Assembly: GCA_029261895.1 (NCBI GenBank)
Contig: JAJDAK010000017.1
Location: forward strand, 13,572 to 77,571
DNA length: 64,000 nt
DNA from: Deltaproteobacteria bacterium
Lineage (GTDB): Bacteria; Myxococcota_A; UBA9160; SZUA-336
Direction of reading: 5' to 3'
Under the pieces are notes generated by a model. It was not told where the DNA came from, did not search any database, and saw only the letters and a list, made by a program, of their open reading frames with translations. This document shows, piece by piece, positions 8,834 through 18,849 of the stretch. Each line of letters opens with the position of its first letter. Position 1 is the stretch's first letter. Both the position numbers and the translations under genes were made by a program.

Positions 8834-11464
8834 CTAATTCGAGAAATACGGTATAGGCAGTGCTTTGAATCCCAACACGGCACCGCTTCCGTCTTCACCG
8901 ATCACCCAGCCCGAATCGGGTCGTGTGCCGTACGAATAGGAAACCGTGGTTCCGCTTGGTGCCGGTGACGCAAGCCGGATCAGTATCTGTTGACCGCTGA
9001 GTGTCGCGTTGATGATGGATAGATCTGTACCCAACTCATTTCGTACACGATATAGATCGGCCAGGCGATCATCATCGGCGGAGATCGCTTTGTCGTAACT
9101 CAAAACGATTTCGGTACCGGCACCTTCCAACGCGATCGCGAGTAATTTCGGTTCGACACTTGTCGCGATACCGTAGCTTTCTTTCGCGATCGCACGCGCC
9201 AAGCGTTCTCCAACCTGCTTCTGGCCCGCAAACGTGAGATGGAGGCCGTCGTTATCGGCGTCAAGAAGACTGACAACGGTTGCGTGTGGATCACTCAACG
9301 CGAACTGCCGATGGGCTTCGCGAATAGCCACAACACCGTCGGTAACTGCCGGGTCGTCCCAGCTCGCAAGCTGACAGATACCCACGAAGAGTTCTGGACT
9401 GTTGAGATCGTCGCGGAACCAGCTGACGAGTCGATTCAAGTTTGCAAGGTAGTCCGGGGTACTGGAGCTAATGTCGGACTCCCCTTGATACCAGAGCAAA
9501 CCGCGAATCGGATGTGAATAGCCTTGCGCCAGCACGCTGTACAACGCCGTGCCATAGAGACGATCACGATCGACAGGACTCGCGTCGTTTCGTCGCCAAT
9601 GACAAGACGGCGGCGTGCACGGTTCTTCCGTCATGATGCTCGAGCCGCCCTTGGCGGCGGGAATGATGCCGACCGGTACACCGGTCAAATCGGCCAGTTC
9701 CTTGCCAAAGCGCAGCATCGGTGAGTGGCGCGCAAAGACGTCCATACCAATCCCGTCCACCGAAGGCAGCGCCCTGTCCATAGGCTCACGTCCCATCTGC
9801 CAACGCTGGTCATTACCAAAGAGATGAACACGTGCATCCGGCGCTTCGGCCAGCACTGACTGCTCACCGAAAACCCAGCCCGACATATTCGACTGACCAC
9901 CCGCAATGTACATATCTCCGACGGCGATCGAAACGACCGTCTGACTCGCGACGACTTCGCTGTTTACGGGATTGACCAGTCGCAACGTAACGTCGTAGTT
10001 GCCCCCGGTGGGAACCGCGGCCAGCGTGACGACAGACAGAGAAGGTTTGGACGAAGCGGATCGAACATGCTGTTGCTCACTGAAGTCAAAACCGACCAAG
10101 GGTTGACCGCTATCCGTATCTGCAACGCGAAGCTCCATGCGAACGTTCTGTTGAGCTTGATAGATAAACAGGATCTGGATGTCTACGTCATTGTTAGGGC
10201 CGCGCTGAAAAAGCTTCCAATCCACCAGGCCGCTCGGCGTGTTTAGCGCACAGAGCGCGTCATCAAGCAGATCACCCTTCCCATCATCATCCGTATCTGG
10301 GCGCGTTGGATCGCTGCAGAGCAGACGCTCCCAAAGATCTTTCAGACCGTCGCCATCGCTATCGGGGGAACTCGGATCAGAACCTGATGCGATCTCGTCG
10401 TGAAACCGCACACCGTCCCGATCCAGGTCGGAAAAGCCGTCGATCTTTCCGTCGCCGTCACTATCTCGTACGAACGGATCTAAACCCAGAAACACCTCGA
10501 CCGCGTCACTTAGGAAATCACCATCGGTGTCCGCGAAGAACATCGCCAACAAGCCTTCGGTCTTGGGGAACGCCGATTCGGTCGTATTGGACAGGCCGTC
10601 GCCATCGAAATCGTCCAGGCCATCAACGATGCCGTTCCCATTGCTATCGGGATCCAAGGGGTGACCGATGCCAAGCACATCCCAACCCGCCCAGTCATGC
10701 TGATCGGGAATGCCATCGTCATCGCTGTCTGGATCCAAAAGGTCCATACCCGCAGCTTGCTCCTGCGCATCGGTGACGCCGTCTGCATCCTGATCCACCG
10801 CAGCCACAAAGATCTGTTCCGTGAACTGTCCCCCACCATCTGCAACACGAAGCGTTATCAGGTTGTCGCCCGCATGCAGTGGAATGACCGCAATAAACCC
10901 GAAGATGTTCAGCGGAATCACGCCGCCACTGCCATCGTCATTGGCCCAGCTCACCTGAAGATCTGCGGCGGGCGTAATATTGTCGGCCGCACCGATCGCC
11001 AGTAGCAGACTGAGCTCAGTGACATTGACCACGGGGGAGACGCCGAACGTAGGCGGAAGCTGCGGTATTGCCACGTGGAGTGACGGTGCTTCAACCGGAC
11101 CCCATTCAACGTCACAACTCGTCGACATCGAATTCCCTGACGCATCGGTTACGTGAGCGGTGATACGATTCACACCTTCCAAGAGCGAAACATCGGCCCA
11201 CCAGCCAAACATCGAGGGTTGAAGGGTTCCGACTCCGCCGCGGTCGTTCTCCCAGGTCGTCACGAGCTCAGTCGGGGATGTCTCCAGATCGTACGGAATC
11301 GTAGAAATGCGCAACGTACTTGTCGTGGCCGTTGCCGGACAAGTCACGGGACTCACGAAAACAATACTCGGCGGTTCGTCGGCCGAGACCGGCAACGCTA
11401 GAACACAAGAAACGAGCAGCAAGAATCGAAAATACAGCATCCGCATCCACCTCAGTACAAACAT
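8834..11464 (-). CDS. Secreted SGNH sialate O-acetylesterase (SASA/DUF303) with Ig-like domains and Ca-binding DxDxDG repeats
   Basis: GGQSNM, AKGGSS, WYQGES and DGLH SGNH motifs; many DPDSDxDG repeats; signal peptide. Confidence 0.85.
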   Translation of the reverse strand: MFVLRWMRMLYFRFLLLVSCVLALPVSADEPPSIVFVSPVTCPATATTSTLRISTIPYDLETSPTELVTTWENDRGGVGTLQPSMFGWWADVSLLEGVNRITAHVTDASGNSMSTSCDVEWGPVEAPSLHVAIPQLPPTFGVSPVVNVTELSLLLAIGAADNITPAADLQVSWANDDGSGGVIPLNIFGFIAVIPLHAGDNLITLRVADGGGQFTEQIFVAAVDQDADGVTDAQEQAAGMDLLDPDSDDDGIPDQHDWAGWDVLGIGHPLDPDSNGNGIVDGLDDFDGDGLSNTTESAFPKTEGLLAMFFADTDGDFLSDAVEVFLGLDPFVRDSDGDGKIDGFSDLDRDGVRFHDEIASGSDPSSPDSDGDGLKDLWERLLCSDPTRPDTDDDGKGDLLDDALCALNTPSGLVDWKLFQRGPNNDVDIQILFIYQAQQNVRMELRVADTDSGQPLVGFDFSEQQHVRSASSKPSLSVVTLAAVPTGGNYDVTLRLVNPVNSEVVASQTVVSIAVGDMYIAGGQSNMSGWVFGEQSVLAEAPDARVHLFGNDQRWQMGREPMDRALPSVDGIGMDVFARHSPMLRFGKELADLTGVPVGIIPAAKGGSSIMTEEPCTPPSCHWRRNDASPVDRDRLYGTALYSVLAQGYSHPIRGLLWYQGESDISSSTPDYLANLNRLVSWFRDDLNSPELFVGICQLASWDDPAVTDGVVAIREAHRQFALSDPHATVVSLLDADNDGLHLTFAGQKQVGERLARAIAKESYGIATSVEPKLLAIALEGAGTEIVLSYDKAISADDDRLADLYRVRNELGTDLSIINATLSGQQILIRLASPAPSGTTVSYSYGTRPDSGWVIGEDGSGAVLGFKALPIPYFSN

Positions 11465-11600
11465 GATTGTAGCGGAAACGAGGTGGTCTATGTGCCGATC
11501 TTCTTCCCAGATAGTCCTATTTCACTAGACAATTGCAGCGACGTTGCGCATCGACATCACATCTCTGACGACATGCGCAACGGTTGCGCAACACTTTGAT

Positions 11601-12791
11601 TCAGTTCACGTCGTTCAAGGGGCAACGAATACCGTCGGGATCATCGATGAGTCCCACACAACGGTTACAATGTGTGCAGCCATTCTTGTAGGCGGGATCT
11701 TGCATCATGCTGCGTACGAAGTCCGGATCTTTGATCAGCGGACGACCTAACTGAATGAAGTCAAACCCCTCGCGCATGACCTGGTTCACACTTTCCAGCG
11801 TACAACAACCACCGATGTAAACGACCGAGCATTGTACGGCTTCACGTATCCGCTTCGCCGCATCGAGGAAGTAGAGTTCCTCGTACGGATAATCACGAAA
11901 GAGTTTCGGCCCCATCAACCGAAGCCCAAGCCGGGCGATGGGGTTTTTCTCCTGTTCGATCATACCGTGCGCAATGCTCTCCCCCCGGAACATGAGCATG
12001 GGATTGAAGCTGCTGGTCCCGCCACTGGTCACGATCGCATCGATGCCACCGCGATCGAGTAGCGACGCGACTTGTACGCCCTCTTCCCAGCTCACGCCGC
12101 CCTTCACACCATCGGACATACTGATCTTGCCGAGGACCGGGAAATCATCGCCGACGGCTTTGCGTACCGCTTCGAGCGCGCGGAGTGGTACACGCATGCG
12201 GTTCTCAAAACTTCCGCCGTATTCGTCGGTTCGCCGATTCGTGCGACGGCTGATGAATTGACTCAGCGCATAGCCATGACCGAAGTGCATCTCGATCGCA
12301 TCAAAACCAATGCGTTTCATTGTTGTGGCTGCATCGGCGAAAGTCGTGACGAGGTGGTCGATATCGTCGTGGCCCATCTCACCGGCAAATGGCATCCCGC
12401 TCGGAATACCCAGCATATTGAGTTGACGCGACGGCCCCAGGGGACGCTTGATCCGTTGCAACTTCCGATTCTTCGAAAAGTTGCCGCAATGAACCAGCTG
12501 ACCCGAAACCCGCGCGCCTGCAGCTTGAACTTCAGTAACGAGCGCGCGCAGCTGCGGCACAATCTCTTCGTGGATGTACATCGTGCGGTCGTGCAAGCGG
12601 CCATCGGCTTCGGAGGCGCAGTACGCGATCGTCGTCATCGCGACCCCGCCCTCGGCAAGCCGGCGATGAAACGCGGTTAGCTTCTCACCCGGTACACCGT
12701 TCGGTGACTTCCCCTCGAACGTTGCCGCCTTAAGAATACGGTTCTTAAGTTCGAGCGAACCCAGTCGTCCGGATGTGAAAGCTGTACTCAT
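11601..12791 (-). CDS. NADH:flavin oxidoreductase (old yellow enzyme family)
   Basis: 'LKNRILKAATFE', 'GFDAIEMHFGHGYALSQF', 'NRRTDEYGGSFENRMR', 'GRPLIKDPD'; C-terminal CxxCxxC. Confidence 0.93.
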   Translation of the reverse strand: MSTAFTSGRLGSLELKNRILKAATFEGKSPNGVPGEKLTAFHRRLAEGGVAMTTIAYCASEADGRLHDRTMYIHEEIVPQLRALVTEVQAAGARVSGQLVHCGNFSKNRKLQRIKRPLGPSRQLNMLGIPSGMPFAGEMGHDDIDHLVTTFADAATTMKRIGFDAIEMHFGHGYALSQFISRRTNRRTDEYGGSFENRMRVPLRALEAVRKAVGDDFPVLGKISMSDGVKGGVSWEEGVQVASLLDRGGIDAIVTSGGTSSFNPMLMFRGESIAHGMIEQEKNPIARLGLRLMGPKLFRDYPYEELYFLDAAKRIREAVQCSVVYIGGCCTLESVNQVMREGFDFIQLGRPLIKDPDFVRSMMQDPAYKNGCTHCNRCVGLIDDPDGIRCPLNDVN

Positions 12792-13031
12792 CGGGTATCC
12801 CTTCCATGCTATTGAGTCGAGCCGCGTTCCGCCTCGAGTTAGCGTCGTTTATACGCCTAATCAGGGTGAGTCAGCGAGACTCAAATGCATTGAATCGGAT
12901 TGTTGATCGTGGTTGGGTTGCTGTTTTCCGCTTGTATCTCCGTTCCCGCCGGGCCGTAGACCACAGATTCTGACGCGGATTCAGGCTCAGCCCTTCCTGC
13001 CCGACCGCCTCAAGATCAGCATTCCGGGGTC

Positions 13032-13086
13032 GATAGTATCAAGTGGTCAATGACCACTTGATACTATCTCAGCACTCCCTTAGGAT
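13032..13086 (+). promoter_or_regulatory. Perfect 18-bp inverted repeat operator overlapping a sigma70 promoter
   Basis: GATAGTATCAAGTGGTCA-A-TGACCACTTGATACTATC (13032-13068); TTGATA-17-TAGGAT (13058-13086). Confidence 0.75.
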
Positions 13087-13096
13087 CTACGCAACG

Positions 13097-13603
13097 ATGG
13101 CGTTTCTAACCGCACGAAAAGACGGCCGAAACGAGATCCGCGAGACGCTCCAGACGGCCGCAGGCTCTCGAGCCCGAACCCTGGCGATTTTCCGGGGTTC
13201 GCTGGCGCCTGAAATTCTGGACCGAGCCGCGGAGCGAGCGCTGCTGCCCTTTGACCCGGACGCGCTGCGAGAGCGTGCGCGACAGCTCGGCGTGACGGTA
13301 ATTGAAGGGCATGGGGATGCCGAAGCACGGTCATTGCTCAAACGACTTCGCAGCGGCGGCGCGATCGATCCGATCCTTGCAGGGTTGCTCCAGACGGAAC
13401 TCGTACAGCTCGAACATTCAGAGGTACCCGTCGAACTTCGAGAGGCTTCCGACTGGCTCGAAGTTCCACCGGCTGCACGCGGTCGCGCGTTACGTGGACT
13501 CCTGCGAGTTTCGGATCGGATCGTACGCTCTCGGCCAGCCATCAAGTCGCGCCCCCCAGCAAACTTTCCTCGATTCCGATCCAAGAAGAAACGGTCAAGC
13601 TAA
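13097..13603 (+). CDS. Hypothetical protein, putative antitoxin/regulator of the downstream nucleotidyltransferase
   Basis: ATG 10 nt after -10 box; TAATG coupling to the next gene. Confidence 0.6.
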   Translation: MAFLTARKDGRNEIRETLQTAAGSRARTLAIFRGSLAPEILDRAAERALLPFDPDALRERARQLGVTVIEGHGDAEARSLLKRLRSGGAIDPILAGLLQTELVQLEHSEVPVELREASDWLEVPPAARGRALRGLLRVSDRIVRSRPAIKSRPPANFPRFRSKKKRSS

Positions 13604-14157
13604 TGGCTTCACCGCTACTCGACGAGAAAATTCTTGCGATCGAACAGGCGTTTTCGAAAACAAGAATCCCGCACGCTTTTGGTGGCGCCCTCGCCCTCGC
13701 ATACTACGGAACACCGCGTGGAACCGTTGATATCGATATCAATATCTTCCTGCGCGCTGATGAAGCCGATGCGGTGTTCCAAGCTTTGTCGGATTTGGGT
13801 GTCGATGTAACAGGCAAACGCGAACACTCACGCCTCAAACGTGAGGGACAGATTCGTGTTCGATGGGAACATACACCCGTTGATCTTTTCTTCTCCTACG
13901 ACGCGCTGCACGAAAGCTGCGCGGAACGCGCGACCCTCATGCCCTTCGGCGACGGCGTCATCATTCCAGTTCTCAGTGCGGAGGACCTCGTTATTTTCAA
14001 GGTCCTCTTCGACCGACCTAAAGATCGCAGCGATATTCGAGAGGTGCTCTTTGCTCTGGGACCTCGTTTCGACCGAGCCTACTGTTTGGATTGGCTCGCC
14101 CGCATCCTCGAACCAAAGGACGAACGGCTACTCGGCTTTCGGGCTGCCATGGGTTGA
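13603..14157 (+). CDS. Pol-beta superfamily nucleotidyltransferase (AbiEii/DUF6036-like)
   Basis: 'GGALALAYYGTPRGTVDIDINI' and 'EDLVIFK..FDRPKDRSDI' motifs. Confidence 0.85.
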   Translation: MASPLLDEKILAIEQAFSKTRIPHAFGGALALAYYGTPRGTVDIDINIFLRADEADAVFQALSDLGVDVTGKREHSRLKREGQIRVRWEHTPVDLFFSYDALHESCAERATLMPFGDGVIIPVLSAEDLVIFKVLFDRPKDRSDIREVLFALGPRFDRAYCLDWLARILEPKDERLLGFRAAMG

Positions 14158-14225
14158 ATAACAAGGCAACTCGCCGCGCCGAGAGGCAACCCCTAAATCA
14201 CGCGGTTTCGCGTATGCTGGGCCCT

Positions 14226-15731
14226 ATGCGCAGGATTCGTTCGCTTGAGTTGCTGCTGATGACCTTCGTCGTGCTGTCCCTAGTTCCTGGGGTAGCGGCA
14301 GCCGACGTGCCCCAGCTTTCCAATTACCAGGGTCTGCTGCTCGACCCGAACGGGCTGCCCCTGAACGACAACGTCGGTGTCATCTTACGGATCTACAGAG
14401 ATCCTAACTCAGTGGATCCGCTGGATCTGTTGTACGACGAGGCGCACCTTAACGTCCCGGTGATCGACGGCGTCTTCAACATAAAGCTGGGACTAGGCGA
14501 CGTAACCTCCGGGCCCTTCAACGTGACCGTCTTCGCGGGCGCGAGGTCGATGGCGAGATACTGACACCGCGCTAGCAGTACACCACTGTGGCCTATGCGT
14601 TTCAATCTCAGGTCTGTGTAAACGCGAGCATGCTCGAGGGCCAGGACTTGGCCGGCGTGATCTCGGCCTCCCAAAATGGTTTAGTCACCGAGGGGCAGCT
14701 CCTCGCACATCAAGGCGATGCCGCCGCACACCATAGTAAGACGGTCAGCTTCCTTGATCTTAACGATCAGGCGAGCGATGGTCAGATCCCCGCCGGCATC
14801 ACGCGTGACAGCGAAGTGCTCGCCCTCATCCTTACCATCGACGGTAGCGGCTCCGGCCTCGATGCGGATCTGCTGGACGGGCTCGACTCCACGGACTTTG
14901 CGCTCCCCGGCGATGTGTTTGGCCTGGTGCTAGACAACGATGGCGCGGGATCCGGCCTCATCGCGGACATGCTTGACGGCGTGCACGCCGTCGGCTTTTT
15001 GCGCTCGAACGCAGACGACACCTACACCGGCAACACGCTCACAGTTCAGGATGGCAGCTCACTCGTCATCGAGCGCGACATGGCTATCGGTCCAGCAAGC
15101 GTCACTTCCACATCCATCTCACTGGGGGATGCGAACAATACGGTCCGTTTCGCGGGCAGCAACCTCACCATAGAGCTTGGCGACTCGGCCGCCGATAACG
15201 TGGAGGTCCCCGGCGAAATCATCGCAGGCGGGCCACTCACGCTGACCTCTGGCACAAATCGTTACCTGCCTGTGCCGGCGGCCGCTTTCTCACCCAGCCA
15301 TGCCGTCAGTGACGAAGGCTGGTTCTACAGCACCGGCTTTGGCTACATGCAAAACGGAACCTCGCCCTGGTCCGTTTCGCTGACGGCGCCCGTCGGATTA
15401 CCAGACGGTGCGGAGATCGAGGCGCTGCGCTGCTACTGGTACGACAACGCGGGCGGCGGCGTAAACTTGAACCTCGACGTGACCCTACCGGCATGCGTAC
15501 ACCTCGACGACCGAGGAGTCCATCGCGTTTGTGGGCACCGACATCGTTCATCAAAGTACGAACATCAACACAATCGTCGATACCAGCATGACGGTCGGTC
15601 GCGAGATTGTCGACACCAACGCGTACCAGTACTACCTCTGGGTTTTCTTCGACACCGACACCGGCGCTCCCTTCAATGCGCTTCGATTCTACGGCTGCAA
15701 GCTCACCTACAGCGGCGGCATCTTTCCCTGA
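14226..15731 (+). pseudogene. Decayed paralogue of the secreted fibre-like protein at 42115-43644
   Basis: Co-linear with the intact copy, but with a deletion/frameshift at ~14545, in-frame CAG>TAG at ~14573 and a second frameshift at ~15487. Confidence 0.88.
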
Positions 15732-15845
15732 TCGACACGAATAACGCGAAGACCGCGATCGCGACGCGCTAGTGCCCACTGGTATGCTTCACGATCCGAC
15801 CACTAGTCGCGTTCTGTCTGGATTCATCCTACCCTGACGAAACAA

Positions 15846-17510
15846 ATGGTTTACCAATTCGGACCGTTCTCGTTGGATGATGCGCGATACGACCTTCGGA
15901 AGGCTGGCGTCATAGTGAGCGTGGAGCCGAAGGTCTTCGATGTTCTGGTTTTCTTGATCTGCCATCGCGACCGGGTTGTCGGTAAAAGTGAACTGTTAGA
16001 ACAGGTTTGGAACGGTGAGGTCGTTAGCGAGTGGGCGATCTCTCGCTGCATCACCGAAGCCCGGCGTGCCTTAGAAGACACGGGGTCCGACCAACGGTAT
16101 ATCCAGACGTCTCGTGGTCGTGGCTATCGGTTTGTGGCCGAGGTAATGGAGTCGGGCCCTGGCGAGAAAGCTATGCCGCAGAGCGGAACACTGACGCGAG
16201 TTTTGCTTTTCGCCCTTACCTTCTTTGTGTTGCTGATCGGAAGTATTTGGGCAAGTTGGCCCCAGCCGATCGCCTGGTTGCTAAAGGAAAGCGGACTCAC
16301 TCCTGTGGATTCTGCGCCCGAAGTACCGGTACGGCCTTCGGTGGTCGTTCTGCCCCTCGACAACGCAAGCAAAGATCCCAACCACGCCTATTTATCCGAC
16401 GGCATTACCGCTGAGCTCATATCCTTCCTCGCGCGGATACCGGGCATGCTCGTCATCTCGCAGAGCTCATCTTTTACATACAAAGGCAACCTCGTCTTAC
16501 CCGAGCAAGCCGCTCGAGAACTAGGCGTCCGTTACGTCATCTACGGCAGCGTCAAAAAAAAAGGTGAGAAGGTCGAAGTGCGCATTGAACTGTTAGATGC
16601 GGCAACCGGTTTCCAAGTTGAAGCTCGAACGTATGAACGCGACATAAGCATGTTCGGAGCACTGCCACGCGATATCGCAACCGAAGTCGTCAATTCACTC
16701 GCTCTCGATATTCGTGACGCTGAGGTAGAACGGCAGCGCAATGTACCCATGCCAGAACTCGGCGCTTACCAAGCATTGCTTCGGGGATCATCCTACATGC
16801 ATCGCTATCGGCATGCAGACCTTTTGAAAGCACGCGCGCTCTTCGAACGTGCGATCGAGATTGATCCTGAGTTCACTCAAAGCCACGCCGCGTTGGCGGG
16901 AACCTATATCGTCGAAAGACGAATGTTGTGGAGCCTCGATACAAAATTACTTCCCAACGCAAAGAAGCATGCGGCGCACGCGCTTGCCATCGATCCGGGG
17001 TTCGCGCCCACGTACGTTGTGCTTGCTGCAATCGCGGGTGCGGAAGGTGATCATGACAAGGCTTTGCAGCTTGCAAAACGCGCGATCCTTCTCTCCCCCA
17101 ACCTAGCCCAAGCCCACCTCATCGCAGCCTCAAGCCTTCTGCAACAAGGTGAGCACATCGCGGCAATCTCGTTCTGGCGACAAGGACTGCGCCTAACGCC
17201 ACGCACTCCTGCATGGATGCTGCATCCGTTCGCTTCCCTTCACTATATGTTGGGCGATCAAGTTCAGGCGATCCACCTCTGGCAGCGCGCAAGGCAAGAG
17301 AACCCCGACCTGATCGCGCCGCGTCTCCTATTACTCGAAACGCATCGCGAAGATGGCGATTCAACGAAGTCCAAGACCCTGGTTGATGAAATCCTTCGTA
17401 CGAATCCTGAGCTCTCGGCGGATACCGCAGTGCACGAACTCGCAGGTTTTCTTGACCCAGAAGCCCAGGACGGGATGGTGGCACTTCTGCGGGCACAGGG
17501 ACTTCGCTGA
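15846..17510 (+). CDS. CadC/OmpR-type winged-helix transmembrane regulator with TolB-like and TPR domains
   Basis: 'YQFGPFSLD..EPKVFDVLVFL..YIQTSRGRGYRF'; TM segment; 'PSVVVLPLDN..YLSDGITAELI'; TPRs. Confidence 0.88.
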   Translation: MVYQFGPFSLDDARYDLRKAGVIVSVEPKVFDVLVFLICHRDRVVGKSELLEQVWNGEVVSEWAISRCITEARRALEDTGSDQRYIQTSRGRGYRFVAEVMESGPGEKAMPQSGTLTRVLLFALTFFVLLIGSIWASWPQPIAWLLKESGLTPVDSAPEVPVRPSVVVLPLDNASKDPNHAYLSDGITAELISFLARIPGMLVISQSSSFTYKGNLVLPEQAARELGVRYVIYGSVKKKGEKVEVRIELLDAATGFQVEARTYERDISMFGALPRDIATEVVNSLALDIRDAEVERQRNVPMPELGAYQALLRGSSYMHRYRHADLLKARALFERAIEIDPEFTQSHAALAGTYIVERRMLWSLDTKLLPNAKKHAAHALAIDPGFAPTYVVLAAIAGAEGDHDKALQLAKRAILLSPNLAQAHLIAASSLLQQGEHIAAISFWRQGLRLTPRTPAWMLHPFASLHYMLGDQVQAIHLWQRARQENPDLIAPRLLLLETHREDGDSTKSKTLVDEILRTNPELSADTAVHELAGFLDPEAQDGMVALLRAQGLR

Positions 17511-17522
17511 ATCGCTCATCGT

Positions 17523-18602
17523 CTAACGGCAGATCATTTTGCCATTCGGCTTCTGTACGCATGGTGGAGCTTTCACCGACCAACACTGGGCATTCGCTCC
17601 CGTTTCTACGCGAAGAAGCAGCCGTATCTCAGACTCAGGATTGATTGAAAGCGTCCGGCCGATGCGCGTCGCCAGCTTGAGACCGTCGTCTCTCACCGAA
17701 AGTTTGAGCGCGCGCAAGTTCCCAGAAGCACCACGATAAACCCAGCGCGTGGCTTCGCCGTGTCTCAGCCTTGCTTTCCAATTGGGAGCGGTTGCGGGCT
17801 GCTGCAGGAACCGGCTGAACACACTTTCATCGCCGGATTGGATGATCAGTTGTGTCGAGTCAGATAGCGGGTCGATATCGGCTAGTTCAAGGCCGCGAGC
17901 CTCGATGAATGTCGAGCGACCGACAATGACCTTTCGAGCTTCGACCTCGGGATGTAGCGTCCCGCTTTCGCAGAAGCCGCAGTCATCTGGGTCTTCACAG
18001 ATCGTGCCGCGAACACGAACGGAATGTAGTTGCCAATGTGTGGGTTCAGGACCTGATTCGAAACGAAAACGCAGTTGTAAATCGGATGCTGCGTAATCAG
18101 TCAGGTCCAGTGTAAAGACTTCGGCAAAGATCCACTCGCGCTCGAACGTGTGCAGGTTGACCCATTCACCTGCAGTAACGGCGGATCGTACATCCACCAT
18201 CCCTCGCTGATCGATCCGGGTAAAAATCCCCAGGCCCCAGAAAGTATGCTCAAGATCGAGATACAGTTCATCCATGTCGCTGGGATCAACAATGGGAGTG
18301 ATCACCGATTCATCCATGCGCTCGACCCCAAATTCGAAACCAGGGTAAAGAAGGTCTCCCCCGACATGGAGAGATGGTGCTCCCGACCATCCTTCGGGTA
18401 CCAGATACCAGCTCGCGGTGATGCCCCGCTCCGCAACCGTGCTATCGCCTTCATCCTCCAAGGTCCAGGAGAGAGGTAAACCACTCGAGAAGTTCTCTTC
18501 CAACAACACAGACTCAGTCGCTTCGGCTGCTCCAGGCATTCCGCCGGCGAAAGCAATCCATGCACTCGTCATTATCCATCTAACCCACGTCCCAGTACTC
18601 AT
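17523..18602 (-). CDS. Secreted protein with adhesin/MAM-like beta-sandwich domain
   Basis: Signal peptide; 'LLEENFSSGLP.SW', 'MDESVITP..D', 'DLTDYA..DLQLRFRF'; GGAGG RBS. Confidence 0.65.
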   Translation of the reverse strand: MSTGTWVRWIMTSAWIAFAGGMPGAAEATESVLLEENFSSGLPLSWTLEDEGDSTVAERGITASWYLVPEGWSGAPSLHVGGDLLYPGFEFGVERMDESVITPIVDPSDMDELYLDLEHTFWGLGIFTRIDQRGMVDVRSAVTAGEWVNLHTFEREWIFAEVFTLDLTDYAASDLQLRFRFESGPEPTHWQLHSVRVRGTICEDPDDCGFCESGTLHPEVEARKVIVGRSTFIEARGLELADIDPLSDSTQLIIQSGDESVFSRFLQQPATAPNWKARLRHGEATRWVYRGASGNLRALKLSVRDDGLKLATRIGRTLSINPESEIRLLLRVETGANAQCWSVKAPPCVQKPNGKMICR

Positions 18603-18849
18603 CTTCGGATCCTCCTTTTATGTTTCGATCCGCTACATAAGTGGCTGGAACCATTGAAGAAGCGCTTGAGGATTGTTGGAGGATTTCTGGATGATCCCGA
18701 GCAGTACCCCAAGAATTGAAGGTGTAACGCAGACCTCCAACAACAGCGGATACTTGTTACTCGTATAGGCGAAAGAGTTTGCCACGTGGGGCCCAATAAA
18801 ACTTCACCAATGCACGCTGGTGTTTAGTGAAATTGAACGGGAGTTCCCG

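Noticed and set aside
8663-8968. 101 aa ORF as a functional gene
   Set aside because: Its second half overlaps the antisense esterase gene; the first ~55 codons may be a gene remnant but I cannot assign them.
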